Source: the human T2T-CHM13v2.0 reference genome, Homo sapiens
Assembly (NCBI RefSeq): GCF_009914755.1
Contig: NC_060935.1
Strand: one strand, 5' to 3'
DNA length: 64,000 nt
In this document: positions 45,539 to 60,550 of the stretch, piece by piece
Position numbering within the stretch: position 1 is the first letter of the stretch
Layout: every line of letters begins with the position of its first letter
The notes under the pieces: model-generated
Seen by the model: only the letters and a program-made list of their open reading frames with translations
Told to the model about the DNA's origin: nothing
Databases searched by the model: none
Program-made: the position numbers and the translations under genes

Positions 45539-48332
45539 TAGTCTATAATGAAAGAAAGCAGATGTGGTTGCCTAGGAGTGGAGAGCAGGGGTGTGGGAAA
45601 GCAGGAGAGAGAGATTATAAAAGGGCACAAAGGCTTTCAGGGGGGTGATGGTTTAATGAGAACATATGCATTTCAAAATATACCAAAATGTACACTTTTG
45701 TATATTTGCAGTTTATTATATGTCAATTATACCTCAAAGTTTTTTTAACCCTCAAAGGGAGTAATACATTTTAAAACCAGAGTATAACTAATTTGTCATA
45801 ATCTTAAATATAAAGGATATATCTGGTATTATTAGTTTTCCTGAATTCCCAGATTCTATAATACTCTATAAAAATTAACCTTAATCATATTTTCTACAAA
45901 TTTGGTTTTCCAAATCAAAACATGACCTACCAACAATATATGGAAATTATTTTTAAATAGTGAATTCTTCTGGGAGGGGAATCTTTTAACAGACAGATAG
46001 CATTGGAATAAAAAAAAATCTCTACAGAAAATGTATAGTAGCCATTTCTTCCCACATTGTTGAAAGGAAAGGCAATACTCTGGTGTTTAAGAAATCTAAA
46101 ATATTTGAGGTAAAGCAACACTAGAAAGTAACATATTTTCATTCCCCTCATATTATTTCAGTCATTTTAAAAAACAATGAAAATGAACAGTAGGGACACT
46201 GCATTCATGTAAGCAGGAGAATGTTATTACTTTTTATATGCATCCGTGGGCTGAGTTATTGCTTGTTTTATTAGTTGTACTTTTTTGTATGGAAAATATT
46301 TTTCAGTACTTTTTCAAATTAAATGCTAAGGTACATGTCATTTTCATTGTATTGCAAATGTAATTTACCAGAATTTCTGGCAAACTAATCATATCTCTCT
46401 TTTACTTACTAACCAAAACAACTTTCCTCAATTTGCATTCTTTCACATTCAATTTTCCAAAATTCCCTGCTTTAAAAACTTATGTTTATGTTTATTATGT
46501 GGAATTATAGATATTACATTTTTACATGTATGTATAACACAAATTAAATAACCACAGTTCATGCCCTTTCTAAAGAGCACCAGTGCAATTATTCCCCTAT
46601 GAAGTCGCTTTCTCCAGGGTCTGTCTCTCAAATTCTTGTTTCCTAAGTGAGAAACTTCTTGGCTTCTTTTCCTTCTGCCATTTGTACCTGACCAGGTTTT
46701 TCTTTCCAACTAAAGTTATGTCTAGTTCCTCCATTTCTCATCTCAACATCGGCCAACTAAGAAACCAAAGAACCAAAGAAAGGTTCTTTAGGATAACGAA
46801 GCTATTTACGCAGTATTTCTACAATCCTTTCTGTTATTCCAATAGATGCTTACTATAAACCAGATGTAGAACAAGTCCACACATAATCTCCTATTGAGCT
46901 CCATATCCAGAAATAAGTCATCTTGCAAGCAACCTTAAGTCTGACAGGATCAGAAGAATTAAAGACCAAGCCATCCATCAATCCATCTCCTTCTCTTGAG
47001 GAGAAATGTTTGAGGATTATTAACACAAACGACTACATCAAATGTCAATATGACAATAGATACCTACTAATATATATGAGCAAAAAAAAAAAGTATAAAT
47101 ACCTAAAAACAGGGTACTAATCAAATTCTCAGTTTCTAATGTGAGCTTCTCATGAAGAACTAGAAGTTGTTTCTTTATAATACCAATACCAATCATAACT
47201 GACTCTCCATATATAGATCAAGGGGATCACCAATATTCTGGGAATCATATGTCAAAAAAATACTGGCATTAAGTCATTAAGAAATAATTCCTCAAATTTC
47301 TCCCTTGTCACCCACAATCTGTAGCCACATTTCCCTCTTTTTTTTTTTTAACTATCTCCACCCAAAGCTAATCCTTCTACTTTTATAACTGAAATGGACC
47401 CCACACTCACCCATACTAACCTCAGGGATCTTGCTCAGTTGCCCCATCTATCATCTGCCTAGCTGTCTTGCTTCTTCTAAAAAGGATACTGACTCTTTTC
47501 CATTAAATATAAACATGTTCTAGTATAAATACACTTTCTATCTCTACCATTCCATAACTCTTAATAATTTAGTCTACTAAAATCTGGCTTCTATACACCC
47601 TTTTATAATAAAAAAAAAAAAAGCCCGGATTAAGTAGCCAAAGAAGTTTGTTATTATCCATCCAAAGCGCACATCTTTGTCATTTTACTTTCCTCTTCCC
47701 CTCACTTCCCAGGATAAAAGTTTAGATATTCAATCAAGGAAGGGCAATGAAGGTAGGCTGAAGTGCATCTAAAGCCCACGAGTTCCAGAAGATAACTAGA
47801 ATCTCAATAGATCTTTAAAAGAGGTGATTTCCATTGTCATGAAATGGAATGCTCCACACAATTTTTTTAGTATTTTCTAACAAGAATTAAATTGTTTATT
47901 AGTAGATGAGGATAAATGACAAAAATATACAAGAATTCTGAACATCTTTTATAGTAGTAATTTCAACATTAAGTTACTTGAACACAATGTAACAGTAATA
48001 GGTGTCAAGTAAAGACATTTAAATGAAAGTTGTTGAGCACAAAGTAACTGAAGAAAATATTATTCTATTTTATTTTGTGAACACCACAGCAAAGACACTG
48101 TTCTACAGCAAACATCAGGGAATGGGCTCTTCCTTTCTTTCCCCAAGTGTTTATAATGATGAGCAAATGCTTTGAAAGAAACATCACCATGACACCTGCA
48201 ATTATCCTGCAAAAAGAAAAAAAGCCCAAACATGTCTCAATTTCAAGAATTACTGCTATATTTCAGAAGTCCTTTTTATAATTAATTTCTAAAAAGCAAA
48301 TCCTATTTTCACATTAAAATGTACTCTCTTTG

Positions 48333-48334
<2 letters not shown>

Positions 48335-48371
<37 letters not shown>
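48335..48371. repeat. (CA)n microsatellite
   Basis: Direct reading. Confidence 0.95.
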
Positions 48372-48373
<2 letters not shown>

Positions 48374-48445
48374 GAGGTTGAAAACCTTTGAGAAATAAGT
48401 AACTAAAAGAGCTCTAGCCCAGTAACATTTTTAAAACCTGAAATT

Positions 48446-48773
48446 AGTCATGCATAGCATAACGACGTTTCACTCAACGACAGACCACATGACAGTAATC
48501 CCGTAAGATTATAATGCTGTATTATTACTGGACCTTTTCTATGTTATGTTTAGATACACAAATACTTATCATTGTGTTACAATTGCCAACAATGCTCAAT
48601 ACAGTAACATGTTCTACTTTGCAGCCTAGAGGCAACAGGCTGTACCATATAGTGTAGGTATGCACTAAGCTTAAGTACACACTACGCTGTCCACACAATG
48701 ACATCACCTAATAATGAATCTGCCTAATGACAATTTCTCAGAATATATCCCCACTGTTAAGCCACATATAATT
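48446..48773 (+). mobile_element. Tigger3a/MER7A
   Basis: agtcatgcatagcataacgacgttt...aagattataatgctgta...ccccactgttaagc. Confidence 0.75.
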
Positions 48774-49199
48774 TTATTATTCTTGTGCTGGCAGTGTTCA
48801 CAGATCTCCCTTATTTACCAGCTGCTCTCATATTTGCTTCCTTGCTTAAAGATCTCACAACTATACTCAAAGCCTTCAGAATCTAGCATCCTTTGCTTGC
48901 CCTTCTGGGCTACAGTAACAAACTCTGCCAAGAATGACATCCAAAGGTTAAAATATTATATAAAATGGGTTAGTTTCTGATATTAAATTTGTAAAACCAA
49001 AATTAAGGACTTCTCATTAATTTTTGTTCACATTACATACTCCTCTAAGTTTTAAATTCCTGGAAATACTTAGCCAATATATTTTCTAACACAAGAAAAA
49101 TATATGCAAAAGCACATTTCATTTCTAATAATAAAAAGCTCAAGGTTCTCAATTGCATGGCAGTGGACGTTTTTCTGCTAGTTAACATAATCGCAGGGC

Positions 49200-50170
49200 C
49201 TAAAATGAATAAAGAAAAAGAGTGATAAATTTGAACACATTAAAGAAAGAATGAAAAATGAAAGGAAATTTACAAATGATGAAAAATCTATTTGTATTAC
49301 ATGACAAATATAAAGAGCTCTCACAAACAAACAATAGCTCAAAAAAAGGGCAAAACATATGACTAGTTAACAAAAAAATACAAATAAACAACACATAAAA
49401 ATATGGCAAACTTCACTCATATTTAAAAAAATAAAAATCAAAGAGTCTGTTTCTCAACTACACATATGGCAAAGATTTAAAAAGTTCAATAATACTATCA
49501 GCAAGAAGTAGGAGAAAAGTCATTCCAATGCAATATAAAAGTCTAAATTGGTTAATACTGCAAAATATGTAAAAAGTAAAATGCATGTACTCTTTGACCT
49601 GACAGTTCCACTCCTTGGAATTTATTTTACAGCTATATTTAAATAGCATGCAAAGATACTCACAAAAAATTAAATGCGGAATTGTTTCTTAGAGCAACAA
49701 AGTGGAAACAACCTAAAATTCCATCAATAGGAAACCAGTGAAAAATATTAGGTTATGCCTAAGTTTTACAATGGAGTATTAAAGAGCCTTTAAAATAAAA
49801 AAATGTAGGTACATATGGGCTAAAGTAAAAAGATCTTTAAGATATACTTATTGGGAAAAAAAACCAAGATTTTGAATGGTATATGCATTGTAGAGCTATT
49901 TAACTTACATATATTAAATATATAAGTTATGTTTTTATAAAATTTTATACATTAAGTTAAATATATATATTACACATTTTCAAATACACTAAAAAATTTG
50001 GAAAGACACTACCAACACTGTTAACCTGGCAAATAGGATTAGGGTTGGAAGTGACATGAAAGGGAGATTTACTTTTTCATTTTATACTCACCTATGCTTC
50101 ATATTCTTGTTTTATACTCTTCTGTCTATATTGTTTAAATTTTATACATATACATTTATTAAGATTACAA
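49200..50170 (+). mobile_element. L1ME 3' fragment
   Basis: ctttgacctgacagttccactccttggaatttat...ggaaacaacctaaaattccatcaatagg. Confidence 0.6.
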
Positions 50171-51958
50171 ATGGCATGTTCTAAAAAATAATACTGGTGT
50201 AAATAACAAGAAAGGTAAAGATATATGAACAATACATACAAAGAAGTAAAAACTAATTCAACTAATTTTTCCAATCATGACCATTCACTTATAAGACAAA
50301 GATTATTTGTAACAACTAGGCATTCTTCAAGGTCCTGTCTTGGTCTCCTACTTTACAACCACTCTACATTCTCAGGAATCTTTTTTCTTTTTTTGGATGA
50401 TTCCTAGATTTTTCTTTCCCTCTCCAGCCAGTCACAGAATTCATAGAAAGCCTCAAACCCTCTGTACCATCAAATTAACACAGCGAACAAAGAATACTGT
50501 CTTCAAAGGAAAAATTACATGTATACATACATATATATACACACATATATAGCTTTTAGTGAGTGCTGTCTTCAAACCGAAAAATTATATACATACACAG
50601 CTTTTAGTGAGTGCCTGTATTATAGTGTATCTATCAGAAGCTTACAACTTAAATAAGACATACAAATATGCAGCAATCAGACAACCGGTTGGAATACTAA
50701 TCGTGTGGTATTACTTTGCAGACATTTTGCTTAGCTACAGTCACAGAAGAAGGCCTACAGATCATCCAAATGCTAACCCAATCCTAATGATATCAGGAAA
50801 TAAGAGCCTCATTCCCCTAGTGACTGGGAACTGGAAATAGTCTACCACCCAGGGCACCTGGAGTGAAGACTGGACAATTACATATGCATACAGCCTTAGA
50901 CAATAATCCCTGCCATGTTTGTTTAGTCAATACAATTGGATTTCTCCTTCCACTTCCTGGGAGGAAAGCCCTGATGTGAACCAGAGTCCATTTGACTGGG
51001 GCTTAATCACTCAGTTCAGATTTTGCCAGCTCCCTCCCACCGAAAATTACACACTGAGTTTTATAATCCACTGCTTCAGATGGAGTCATTAACAAAAGTG
51101 ATTTATCAGACTCACAACCCCAAACCACAGTGCTTTTATCTACTACAACCATGTGTTTCTATTATTTCCTAAAACCTCTTCCTTTAGTGTCCCACTCATT
51201 TGGTGCTATTTTTAAACATATTTTAATGATCATTCACGTGTAAGTTGTTACCCTTTGGACACTTTTTTTTCTGGCTATCTCCAACAGGGCCAGCAAATTT
51301 CTAAAGCAAATTTTCTTAGGTTTAGTCCCATTCAACCTGGGTTTCCTCATCTTCTAACCCAGCCCTACATAAATGCAACATATATTTTATATTTAAAACT
51401 CTAATATTATCTTTAAAATCTGTCAATTGCCCAAAGTGGATTATTTCTTTCTTTGTGCAAAATAACAACCATAATTCATGCTCCCCTCTGCAAGATCTCT
51501 GGCATGTATTTGTCACTTTATATTTGGGCCGTGGCAGCGTGTTTTCCTTTTGTCTCCTAGACTTCCTATAGACATGCAGTATTTATGATTATGATTATAC
51601 TCAACAATAAGATAATTTCCTTAGAAAGTAATGGCATTGGTAACAAAATCTACCAAAATATCTCCTGCAGCACATACATTTAAAACATTAACTCATTCAG
51701 TTTTTTAAATTGCAAAGCAGCAACATATTTTGAACAAATATAGCTACTGCTTTCAGCTCTTAAAAAAAAAAAAACCTATGAAATAAAATGCAATCCATAC
51801 CACAATACTGCCTGTTAAATCTGCATATCTTACCCCTTCTATCAATTTTAAGAAATGTGAGATCATAGTCACAGCTAATAACTGATGTTCTAAAAATACA
51901 GTTCTGTTCTTTGAACTCTCTGGATCTTAACTTATTAGGTTAAAAAATGATAAAATAC

Positions 51959-52611
51959 CCAGCAAATGTAGACTTTGTATCCCGTAGATGTTCTTTTTTT
52001 GGAGGGTCATCTCTCAAGACTTCATCTTGTGATTTTTCTCTTGGGTCTTCTGGAACATGTTGGTGTTCATCAGTACTGGTTTCCGATGGCTTTTGATTTG
52101 AATGTTTCTTGTCTCCTCTCCCATCAGAGCGACTCCATGATGTTAATCTTTCTTCACTGTTCTTGGTGGGTTTTCTAAAACCACTACACAAAGAGCCCTG
52201 AGCTACCAATGCTGAAGATGAACTAAGTGGTTCAAATTTTCTGCCCTTGCTGTGAAATGACAGTTCTTCATCATCAGAGGGTCTCAAGAATTTAGCTCTC
52301 AAATTGCCAAAAGAAAACTCTTGATTTTGCCTTGGGTTAGATTCTCTTCTACACGTTTCTAAAGACCCAGGTCTCTTATCTTTTTCATCACCAATAAATT
52401 TTTCATTATTGCTATTTTTTGCAGTATCTGTTGTAGCATATCTATCCCTTGAACTGTTACCATATTTTACTAAGTCTGATTCTCTACTTTCTTGACAATT
52501 TTGTGCTTTATCTGAATATGTGGGTTTCCTCCACCGTTCCCGTCTATAATCTTCTTTCGTGGATGCAGCTTTTTCAGCATCTTCTAATTTTGACTGAAAT
52601 ATTTCCATTGA
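51959..52611 (-). CDS. CWF19L2: CWF19L2 large coding exon (653 nt, probably exon 8)
   Basis: cctttgtag|TCA ATG GAA ... GCT GG|gtattt. ORF 51940..52608 (MEIFQSKLEDAEKAASTKEDYRRERWRKP...TKSTFAG) matches CWF19L2. Phase 0 to 2. Confidence 0.97.
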
Positions 52612-53834
52612 CTACAAAGGAGAAAAATTAAACAAGATATCTAAAATTAGGAACGGCTCAGTGACTTGCACCCCACATGTCACTGTATGACTCACTGCCA
52701 AGTGGCACACTGAAAAGCCCACTAACGGGGTGAAAGAAGACCCATACAATCATCCTATACGGAAACGAATACTTTCTAAAAATGTGTAAACAATTAAAAA
52801 TTATTAAATAACAAAAAGATTCCAAAAGGATAGCCAGTTACACCAAACACTCTGCACTAACACAAAGTATAACACAGAAAACAGTAGAGACAAACTTTGC
52901 AAAAAATACTTAATTCCTACTGGTTGTGAGATTCAAGAGGTTAAATTGCTAAAACAGATTCTCACCAAAAAAAAAAAAAAAACAGAATAGTTCAAGAACA
53001 AGAAAGACTTGGAAATAAAAAATTGTGTGTCCCAAAAAGCTGCCAAGATACACCAAAAGGAAGAAAAGACAGTGCTGAAAACTAAATTAACCTGGGAATT
53101 CTCTATATTTTAGGAAAAGGTAGTAAATAAATGTAAGTTATAAGAAAAAAAGATACATGAACAATTGATTCTAGAAAATCTAATATGCATTTATTAGTAC
53201 TTCCAGAAAGATGGAGCAAAGATGATGGGAATAGAGCATTAATTTTAAAAATATATAAGAAAATTTCCCCAGCCGATTTCTCAGAAGGACTCATCCAATA
53301 GCCTTGGGTGGGGGAGAAAGAAGAAAAACACAGAAAAAAACCCTAATACCTGAATCTCAAAACTCAAGGAAAAAAAAAAAAACCTTTACAAGGACTAGAT
53401 CAGGGAAGGAGTGAATAAGTGTGAGCCTGTATATGGATAGGGGTAGATAAATAACAAATTATCCACAAAGGAAAGACAGACTTACAGCTGTTCATCCATA
53501 ATAATAAGTAAATAATAGAATGAAGATTAAATTTTGAAAACAAAATTAAGCTATAATTCTATATAGAGAATTCAATTCACAGTCAAATTATCCTTCCTTG
53601 GTATGGGCCAAAGAAAATCATTTTCAAAAATGCAGGGAATCAGAGGGCATATCACTAGCAATTCTGAGGGAAAAAAATTACTCAAGATGATTAAGACACA
53701 CCATCAATGAATTCGGGCAAAGATCTCTGAAAAAAAGAACAGATGCTAAAAACCAAATGTCAAATGCAATGGTCAAGTCTAAATAACTGTTCTTGTAGTT
53801 GCAAACTTTAAAACAATTTTCAAGGAAAAGATGC

Positions 53835-54192
53835 ATCATACATAGAAACAGAAAGTAGGAAGGTGGTTACTGGAAGGAGAGGGGATGAGAAGATGGAGGT
53901 CAAAGAGTCAGAAGTTTCCATTATGTAAGATAACTAAGCCTGGAGATACGATGTACAGTATGAGGACTACAGTTAATAATATCACATTATATACTGAAAA
54001 TTTGCTAAGAGAGTAGATTTTAGGTATTTTTACCACAAAAAAAAAAGGAGAATAACTACGTAAGATAAATGATACACTAGTTTGCTTAACTCTAGTAATT
54101 ATTTCCCCATGCATATCAAAACGTCATGGAATACATACCTTAAACATATACAACATAAAAAATAAAAAAATAAAATTAAAAAAAAACAAAAA
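53835..54192 (+). mobile_element. L1MA 3' end
   Basis: tactgaaaatttgctaagagagtagattttagg...; A-rich tail. Confidence 0.75.
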
Positions 54193-55454
54193 AGTACCTT
54201 TTACTCAACTTTGAATATAAGGATACTTAAACATGATACTCTTAATCTTAAATGCAAAAGTCATTATTTTGTCTTTAGACAAAAAGGCAATACCAGCTTC
54301 CAATCCTGTTATCAAAGTTCTAAAATTATAACTATTTCAAGAAGAAAAGAAAGTTTAAGTATTAACAGAGAGGAAAAAAACAAAATAATTATTTGCATAT
54401 AACTACCTTTCCACATAACCCAAAATTTTTAAAATTAGGATAATAAAAGTTTAAAGAATTGGCCGACCAGCACCAACACCAAGTCAGAAAACATTTTTAA
54501 AATTCAATTTATAATATAAAAAAATAAAAATAACCTCAATGGCATATGCATAATAACTGCACAGAGAAAAATACTGAAGAGCATAAATAAATAGTGTTTT
54601 GGGATGGGATGACTCTATATTATAAAGATACTAGTTGTCCTTAATTTATCTATACATTTAGTTAAATTTAAATAAAAACTCCAAAAAGAGTCGTAAATTT
54701 ATAACAAATTTTGGAAAAATATTTATTTCTATTGAGCTTAAACTAAATTTACTAAGAAAACTAAACACATAAGAAAGCAAAGCTAATTTTTTTGGTGACT
54801 AACAAGAGATTTATCACATAGTGACTACCACATAGTAGGTGTTTATTATTTGCTATCTGCATAATTTACTGAAAACCACAATAATTAGAAAAGTATGATA
54901 CAAATTCCAGGAAAAGATAGAAAAATCAATGAAACAGATCCGAGAGTAAAGGAACAGACCCATGTATATGAGAAAATTTAATGTATAACAAATGTGTCAT
55001 TTCAAATTAGTGAGAAAAAATAATTCATTCAATATATAGCAAACAACTATATAAGACTTATGCAAAGTTTGATGCCTATTTCATACCATGCACAAATATA
55101 TATTCCAGAAAAATTAAAGATAAAACATAAAAAATAAAACTGAACAAGCACTCAAGTAAGTACAGCTGCATATTTTTACGATTGTGGGGTGGGGAAGGCC
55201 TGTCAATAAATTATACCAAGAGCACTAATTCATGAAAAAATAATATGAGGGATTTTGATAGGTAAAAATATTTAAAACTTATCCATAGCAAATTATCAAC
55301 GAAGTAAAAAACATCAAGCCGAGGGGGAGAAATCTGAACAGATTTATTAAAAAGTCTTAAATTATTATCCCAAAAGAAAAATGGAAAACAATATCAATAG
55401 TCAATTCACTAAAAAATACAAATGGTCAAAATAAATGTAAAAAAATTCCAATTC

Positions 55455-55800
<346 letters not shown>

Positions 55801-56792
55801 TTAAAAACTCTGCCAATCACAACAGCATGAACTATAAGAACTAATCTTACTGTTGAAAATTATGTGATAAAAGAGATATTTTTAAGTATGATTTGCTCAT
55901 TCTTTCTGTAGAGAAATCTGGCAATATGTACCTTGCTTTAAATGTCTATATCCTTTAAACAGGCAATTTCACTTTTAGTAATTCACCAACAAGAAAAATA
56001 TGCAAAATGCATTGGGCATAGACAGTCAGCACAGTGCTATCTAACAAGGGAAAGGAAAAGCATATAAATGGTCATCTACTGACCAATAAATAAAGGAAAA
56101 GCCTATAAATATATTAAAAAAATTAACAGGTCATTAAAATGTATATATTTACTGGCATCCAACTATGTGTACATTATTAAGTTTAAAAAGCCAGGGCATA
56201 TTCTACGAGTCTACTTTAAAACTCTGGGGGAAAATATCTGGAAAAATATATTCCAGAAATCTTACTACTTTCTAAACCTGCTTTCCCCCGGCAATTGAAG
56301 AGAAAAAAAAGAATATCAGTAATTACTGCAATAGAAAGATTGTCCAGAACGATGGGGAAACTGGTTCTAAAATATATACTGTTGCACAGTTTCATTGTTT
56401 TAAGAGTATATATACACTCTTTTAAAAAAATCCGTAAAGTACCCAAACTCTAGAATATACCTAACTCTGGAATATAAAAAATTTCAACAGTGGTTACCTC
56501 CAGAAGTGTACCATGCAGACTTTCCGGCATTGTTTAAATTTTCTCACAATAAGAAAATTTTTTTTACATTAAACACACCCACATTTAAGTTTTATATACT
56601 TAAGCTTTACATTCATTATGTCAATAAAAATATGATACATGTTTAATAATAATGAAAAGCAGAAAATTACTTCAGTAGTATAAAGACATGAAATATTAAT
56701 TCAATTCTTCATGGCACAAAACAAAGCTAAAGGCACTTAATTTTTCACCTAATTCTGAAAATAAGAGGCATCTCCTTAAAACAGATACTCAC

Positions 56793-56908
56793 CCCATATC
56801 TTTCGGCTACAATGTCCTCAAAGTTTCTACTTTGTTTCTCAGCTTGTTCCTTCATTCTTAGATAAGATTTCCTTAGCCAGCTTAATCCACCATCTTCTAC
56901 CACTGAAA
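56793..56908 (-). CDS. CWF19L2: CWF19L2 internal coding exon (116 nt, probably exon 7)
   Basis: tttag|TT TCA GTG ... TAT GGG|gtgagt. Encodes (V)[38 protein letters not shown], matching recalled human CWF19L2. Phase 1 to 0. Confidence 0.95.
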
Positions 56909-57034
56909 CTAAATTCCAGTATTAAATATTAGTTATACTTTTAATGTGGTTATCATACAATTAATATGTATTGCTTCTATGACTTCTAAAATATAAAAAT
57001 AAATATTTTTCTTTAAATATATAAGTGCCTTTGG

Positions 57035-57040
<6 letters not shown>

Positions 57041-57074
<34 letters not shown>
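57041..57074. repeat. (AT)n microsatellite
   Basis: Direct reading. Confidence 0.95.
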
Positions 57075-57076
<2 letters not shown>

Positions 57077-57669
57077 CAGTGCCTATATGTAAGCCACAGA
57101 GTTTTGCCACTAGAAAGAAGGAAAAGAAAAATAAAACTATAAGAAAATTGCAATCTAAGAGAATAAGAATAAAAGGACATAATTAATTACAATAAAAATA
57201 ATGTGACCGCTACTATAAAAAGATATAATGGACTCTAGAAAGTAGGAGGTCAGGGAAAACTCCACAAACCAGGCTCAAGAAAATGAGTTGGGTTTCTATT
57301 TCAAACAGGCAAGGGTAGGGAGGACATTCCAAGAAATAATTAAGGAATAAAAGGACACACAGAGAAAGGGAGAGAAAAAAAGCTACCTCAGCTGCAGAAC
57401 AAAGAACAAATAAGGAGGCTATGGAAGATAATGCCAAAGTGGATGTTAAAACAAATTATCTTACTTTAGTCATAATTACCAACCATGAACATTTGAAAGC
57501 CTTCAACTAATTTATTAAGCTGGCTTTATTTTCTTCTTTACACATCACGCTTTGGATATGTGTAAAGAGGAAATCAAATCAATTACTTAATAAAAATTCT
57601 GTTCCTGATTTTCCTTGCCCCAGAACATGACTGCTTTAAGATCGCCCCAGCTCCATAACCAACAAAAAT

Positions 57670-58230
57670 GCACACACATTAACCCCAAGACATATACAAG
57701 AATATTCATAGCAGAACACTGCAATAATCCCAGCCTGGAAACAACCTAGGAAATGTCTACCATCAGTACACAGGACACCTACATTGTGATATATTCCTAA
57801 AATATACTATTTAATATTACACAGCAAAAAAAAAAAAAAAAAGAAAAAACTACAACTATATACAACAATATGGATGAATCTCAAAATGTGGGCAAAAGGA
57901 GCTGGAAACAAAGGAGGATAAACTGATTTCTGGTGCTAGAAAACAGAATAATGGTTACCCTTCTGGTGACAAGGTAGTGACTAGAAGGGTCACAAAGGGG
58001 GCTTCTGGGATACTAACAAGATTTTTCAAACTGTGTGCTGAGTACACAAACGTTTTCATTTTATGAAAATGATCAGTCTGCTGCTGTACACTTGTGGTTT
58101 GTGTATTTATGTACATATATAATATATATGTAAGCTATTGTAGGAAGGTTTTTATATTCATAGTAAATATTCACTAAATATTTTTGAATATTTTTATATA
58201 TGTCACATTTCAATAAAAAGTTTACTTAAA
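57670..58230 (+). mobile_element. L1ME/L1MC 3' end
   Basis: caagaatattcatagcag...ggaaacaacct...atggatgaatctcaaa...tttcaataaaaagtt. Confidence 0.6.
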
Positions 58231-59026
58231 AACAGATTTTTCAAGGCTCAAATTAATTCCATTCTCCCATTCAGATCTCAAAAGTTTATCTTTACTAAGC
58301 AATCTCTCCTAATACGACTTTTCTTTATAGGCCTAAAATATTTTGTACTTCAAAACCTAGATCTCTAATGCAATGATTTCACATTTTATTCAAAAGCTTA
58401 TTTTACTCTTGCTTTTTTGTTGTTATTTATATAGTTCATGAGTTCAAAATTAACTATGCAACCACTTGAGGAAGTTAGTCTAAATCCGCAATCTACACAG
58501 CGGTAAGTAAAAGAAATCCACAGTAATAAATACCTATATGAATGTCTCAGCTACAAAATTGTTTCTTCCATAAAATTATCTGTGAAACTGATAAAATGCT
58601 GATGGACATAGTAAAAATTTCCTGAACAATCACTAAAACATAATAGCTCAGAAAAAAAAAATCAGAGAAAAAAGTAAGACTATTCCTCTATGTTAACATT
58701 TATGAAGGAAATCCAATGGGAGTAAAAATTTTCAGCCAATTCCTTCACTAGTTAAATCCATACAATTTTAGAAATATTTATATAATGATTTCACCTTTAG
58801 TTGATAATATGTTCTATCTCAATAGTCCTATTAATCTTATAATTAGAGATGGCAATAATGAAGTCTTTTTGGTAAGAAAAAAATCACCAAATTTAATATT
58901 TAAAAAGCGAATAAAAAATACCAACTTGCAGTACCATCCCAAAATTCAATAAAAAAAAATTTAGTCAATATTTATTATGAATATAAAAACCTTCCTACAA
59001 TAGGAAGTACAAACATGAATGTACAA

Positions 59027-59455
<429 letters not shown>

Positions 59456-59599
59456 CTAGATTTCAAATCTGTTATTTATAAGTAAAAAATGAAGAAACTT
59501 CCATCATATGCTTCCATCATAACTCAAAGTTACACTGTTATAGACCAAATATTAATACAACCAAATGAATCTGGGCTATATTACCCAACTCTCTCAGAA

Positions 59600-60550
59600 A
59601 ACAGACTAACATAAAAATAGTGATAAACTATCAGGAAACCTAGATTTTAGTCTTGCTGCTACTATTAAATATATGTAAAATCTTATGTATGTCATTAACT
59701 TCTTTGGACCTTTGCTCCTTCATCTCTAAGATAAGGCAGCCAATTTAAACCACCTTTCAAAGTCTTTTCAACTCACATTCTAGCAGAAAAAGCCAAAAAA
59801 TAAAAAGGGGGAAGAAATCAATAGGAAGAACAAAATCACATCAAAGGAGTCTGTAAGCAAGAATTCCTACTAACTACATGGTAATAAAAATAGTCTTCCA
59901 CTAAAGAATCTAGAGTAACTAATGCTGGACTAGGAATCAGAAGACCTGGGTTCTAGTACTACTAACACGACTACCAGAAAAATTACCTGGCCACTCTAAG
60001 CCTTGGTTTATTGAGCTATAATATTAAAATACTATCTACACTGCTGTCCTTTACATGGTTGCCAAGAAAAAAGCTGATATATAACTGTGCCATATAAACT
60101 CTAAAATTGTACAAATATTCCCATTACTAAAATATGACAAAATAATTTTGTATGGGCTCTGAAAATGATTAACCTACTTTTCCACTGAATTCTAAGACAA
60201 AAAATCAAGATTAACACAGTAATTATTGAAAATATGTCCCTTCAATCATTACAAAAACCTGTTGATAAAACCTTCCCAAAAGATTTAATCATACAAGTAT
60301 CTGACATTACCATCATTATTGAGTAGTCACCATAATCCAGACACTGCTAAAACATTTTCTAATTTAATCTTCACATTAACTATATAAGATAGGTAATATC
60401 ATTATTCCCTATTACATATGAATAAATTGGGCTCTGAGAGGCCAGAAAATGTCTCCACAATTATGAAGCTAATTAGTGGAAATGCCAACATTCTAATCCC
60501 AAGTAGACTGACTCCAAAGTCTAGTCCTTTAACAATAACACTATGTCACC
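59600..60550. mobile_element. Cluster of three MIR fragments
   Basis: ggactaggaatcagaagacctgggttctag; attattccctattacatatgaataaattgggctctgagagg. Confidence 0.6.

Larger units (their letters stand above)
41990..45747 (+). mobile_element. Old L1MD/L1ME with internal deletions, hosting two MITEs
   Basis: ORF1- and EN-like remnants (ORF 44104..44286), a jump to the ORF2 end near 44700, and 3' terminus tgtcaattatacctcaa. Confidence 0.7.

Noticed and set aside
51951-51958. Donor gtatttta resembling a U12 5' splice site
   Set aside because: Lacks GTATCCT, and the downstream acceptor has no TCCTTAAC branch site.
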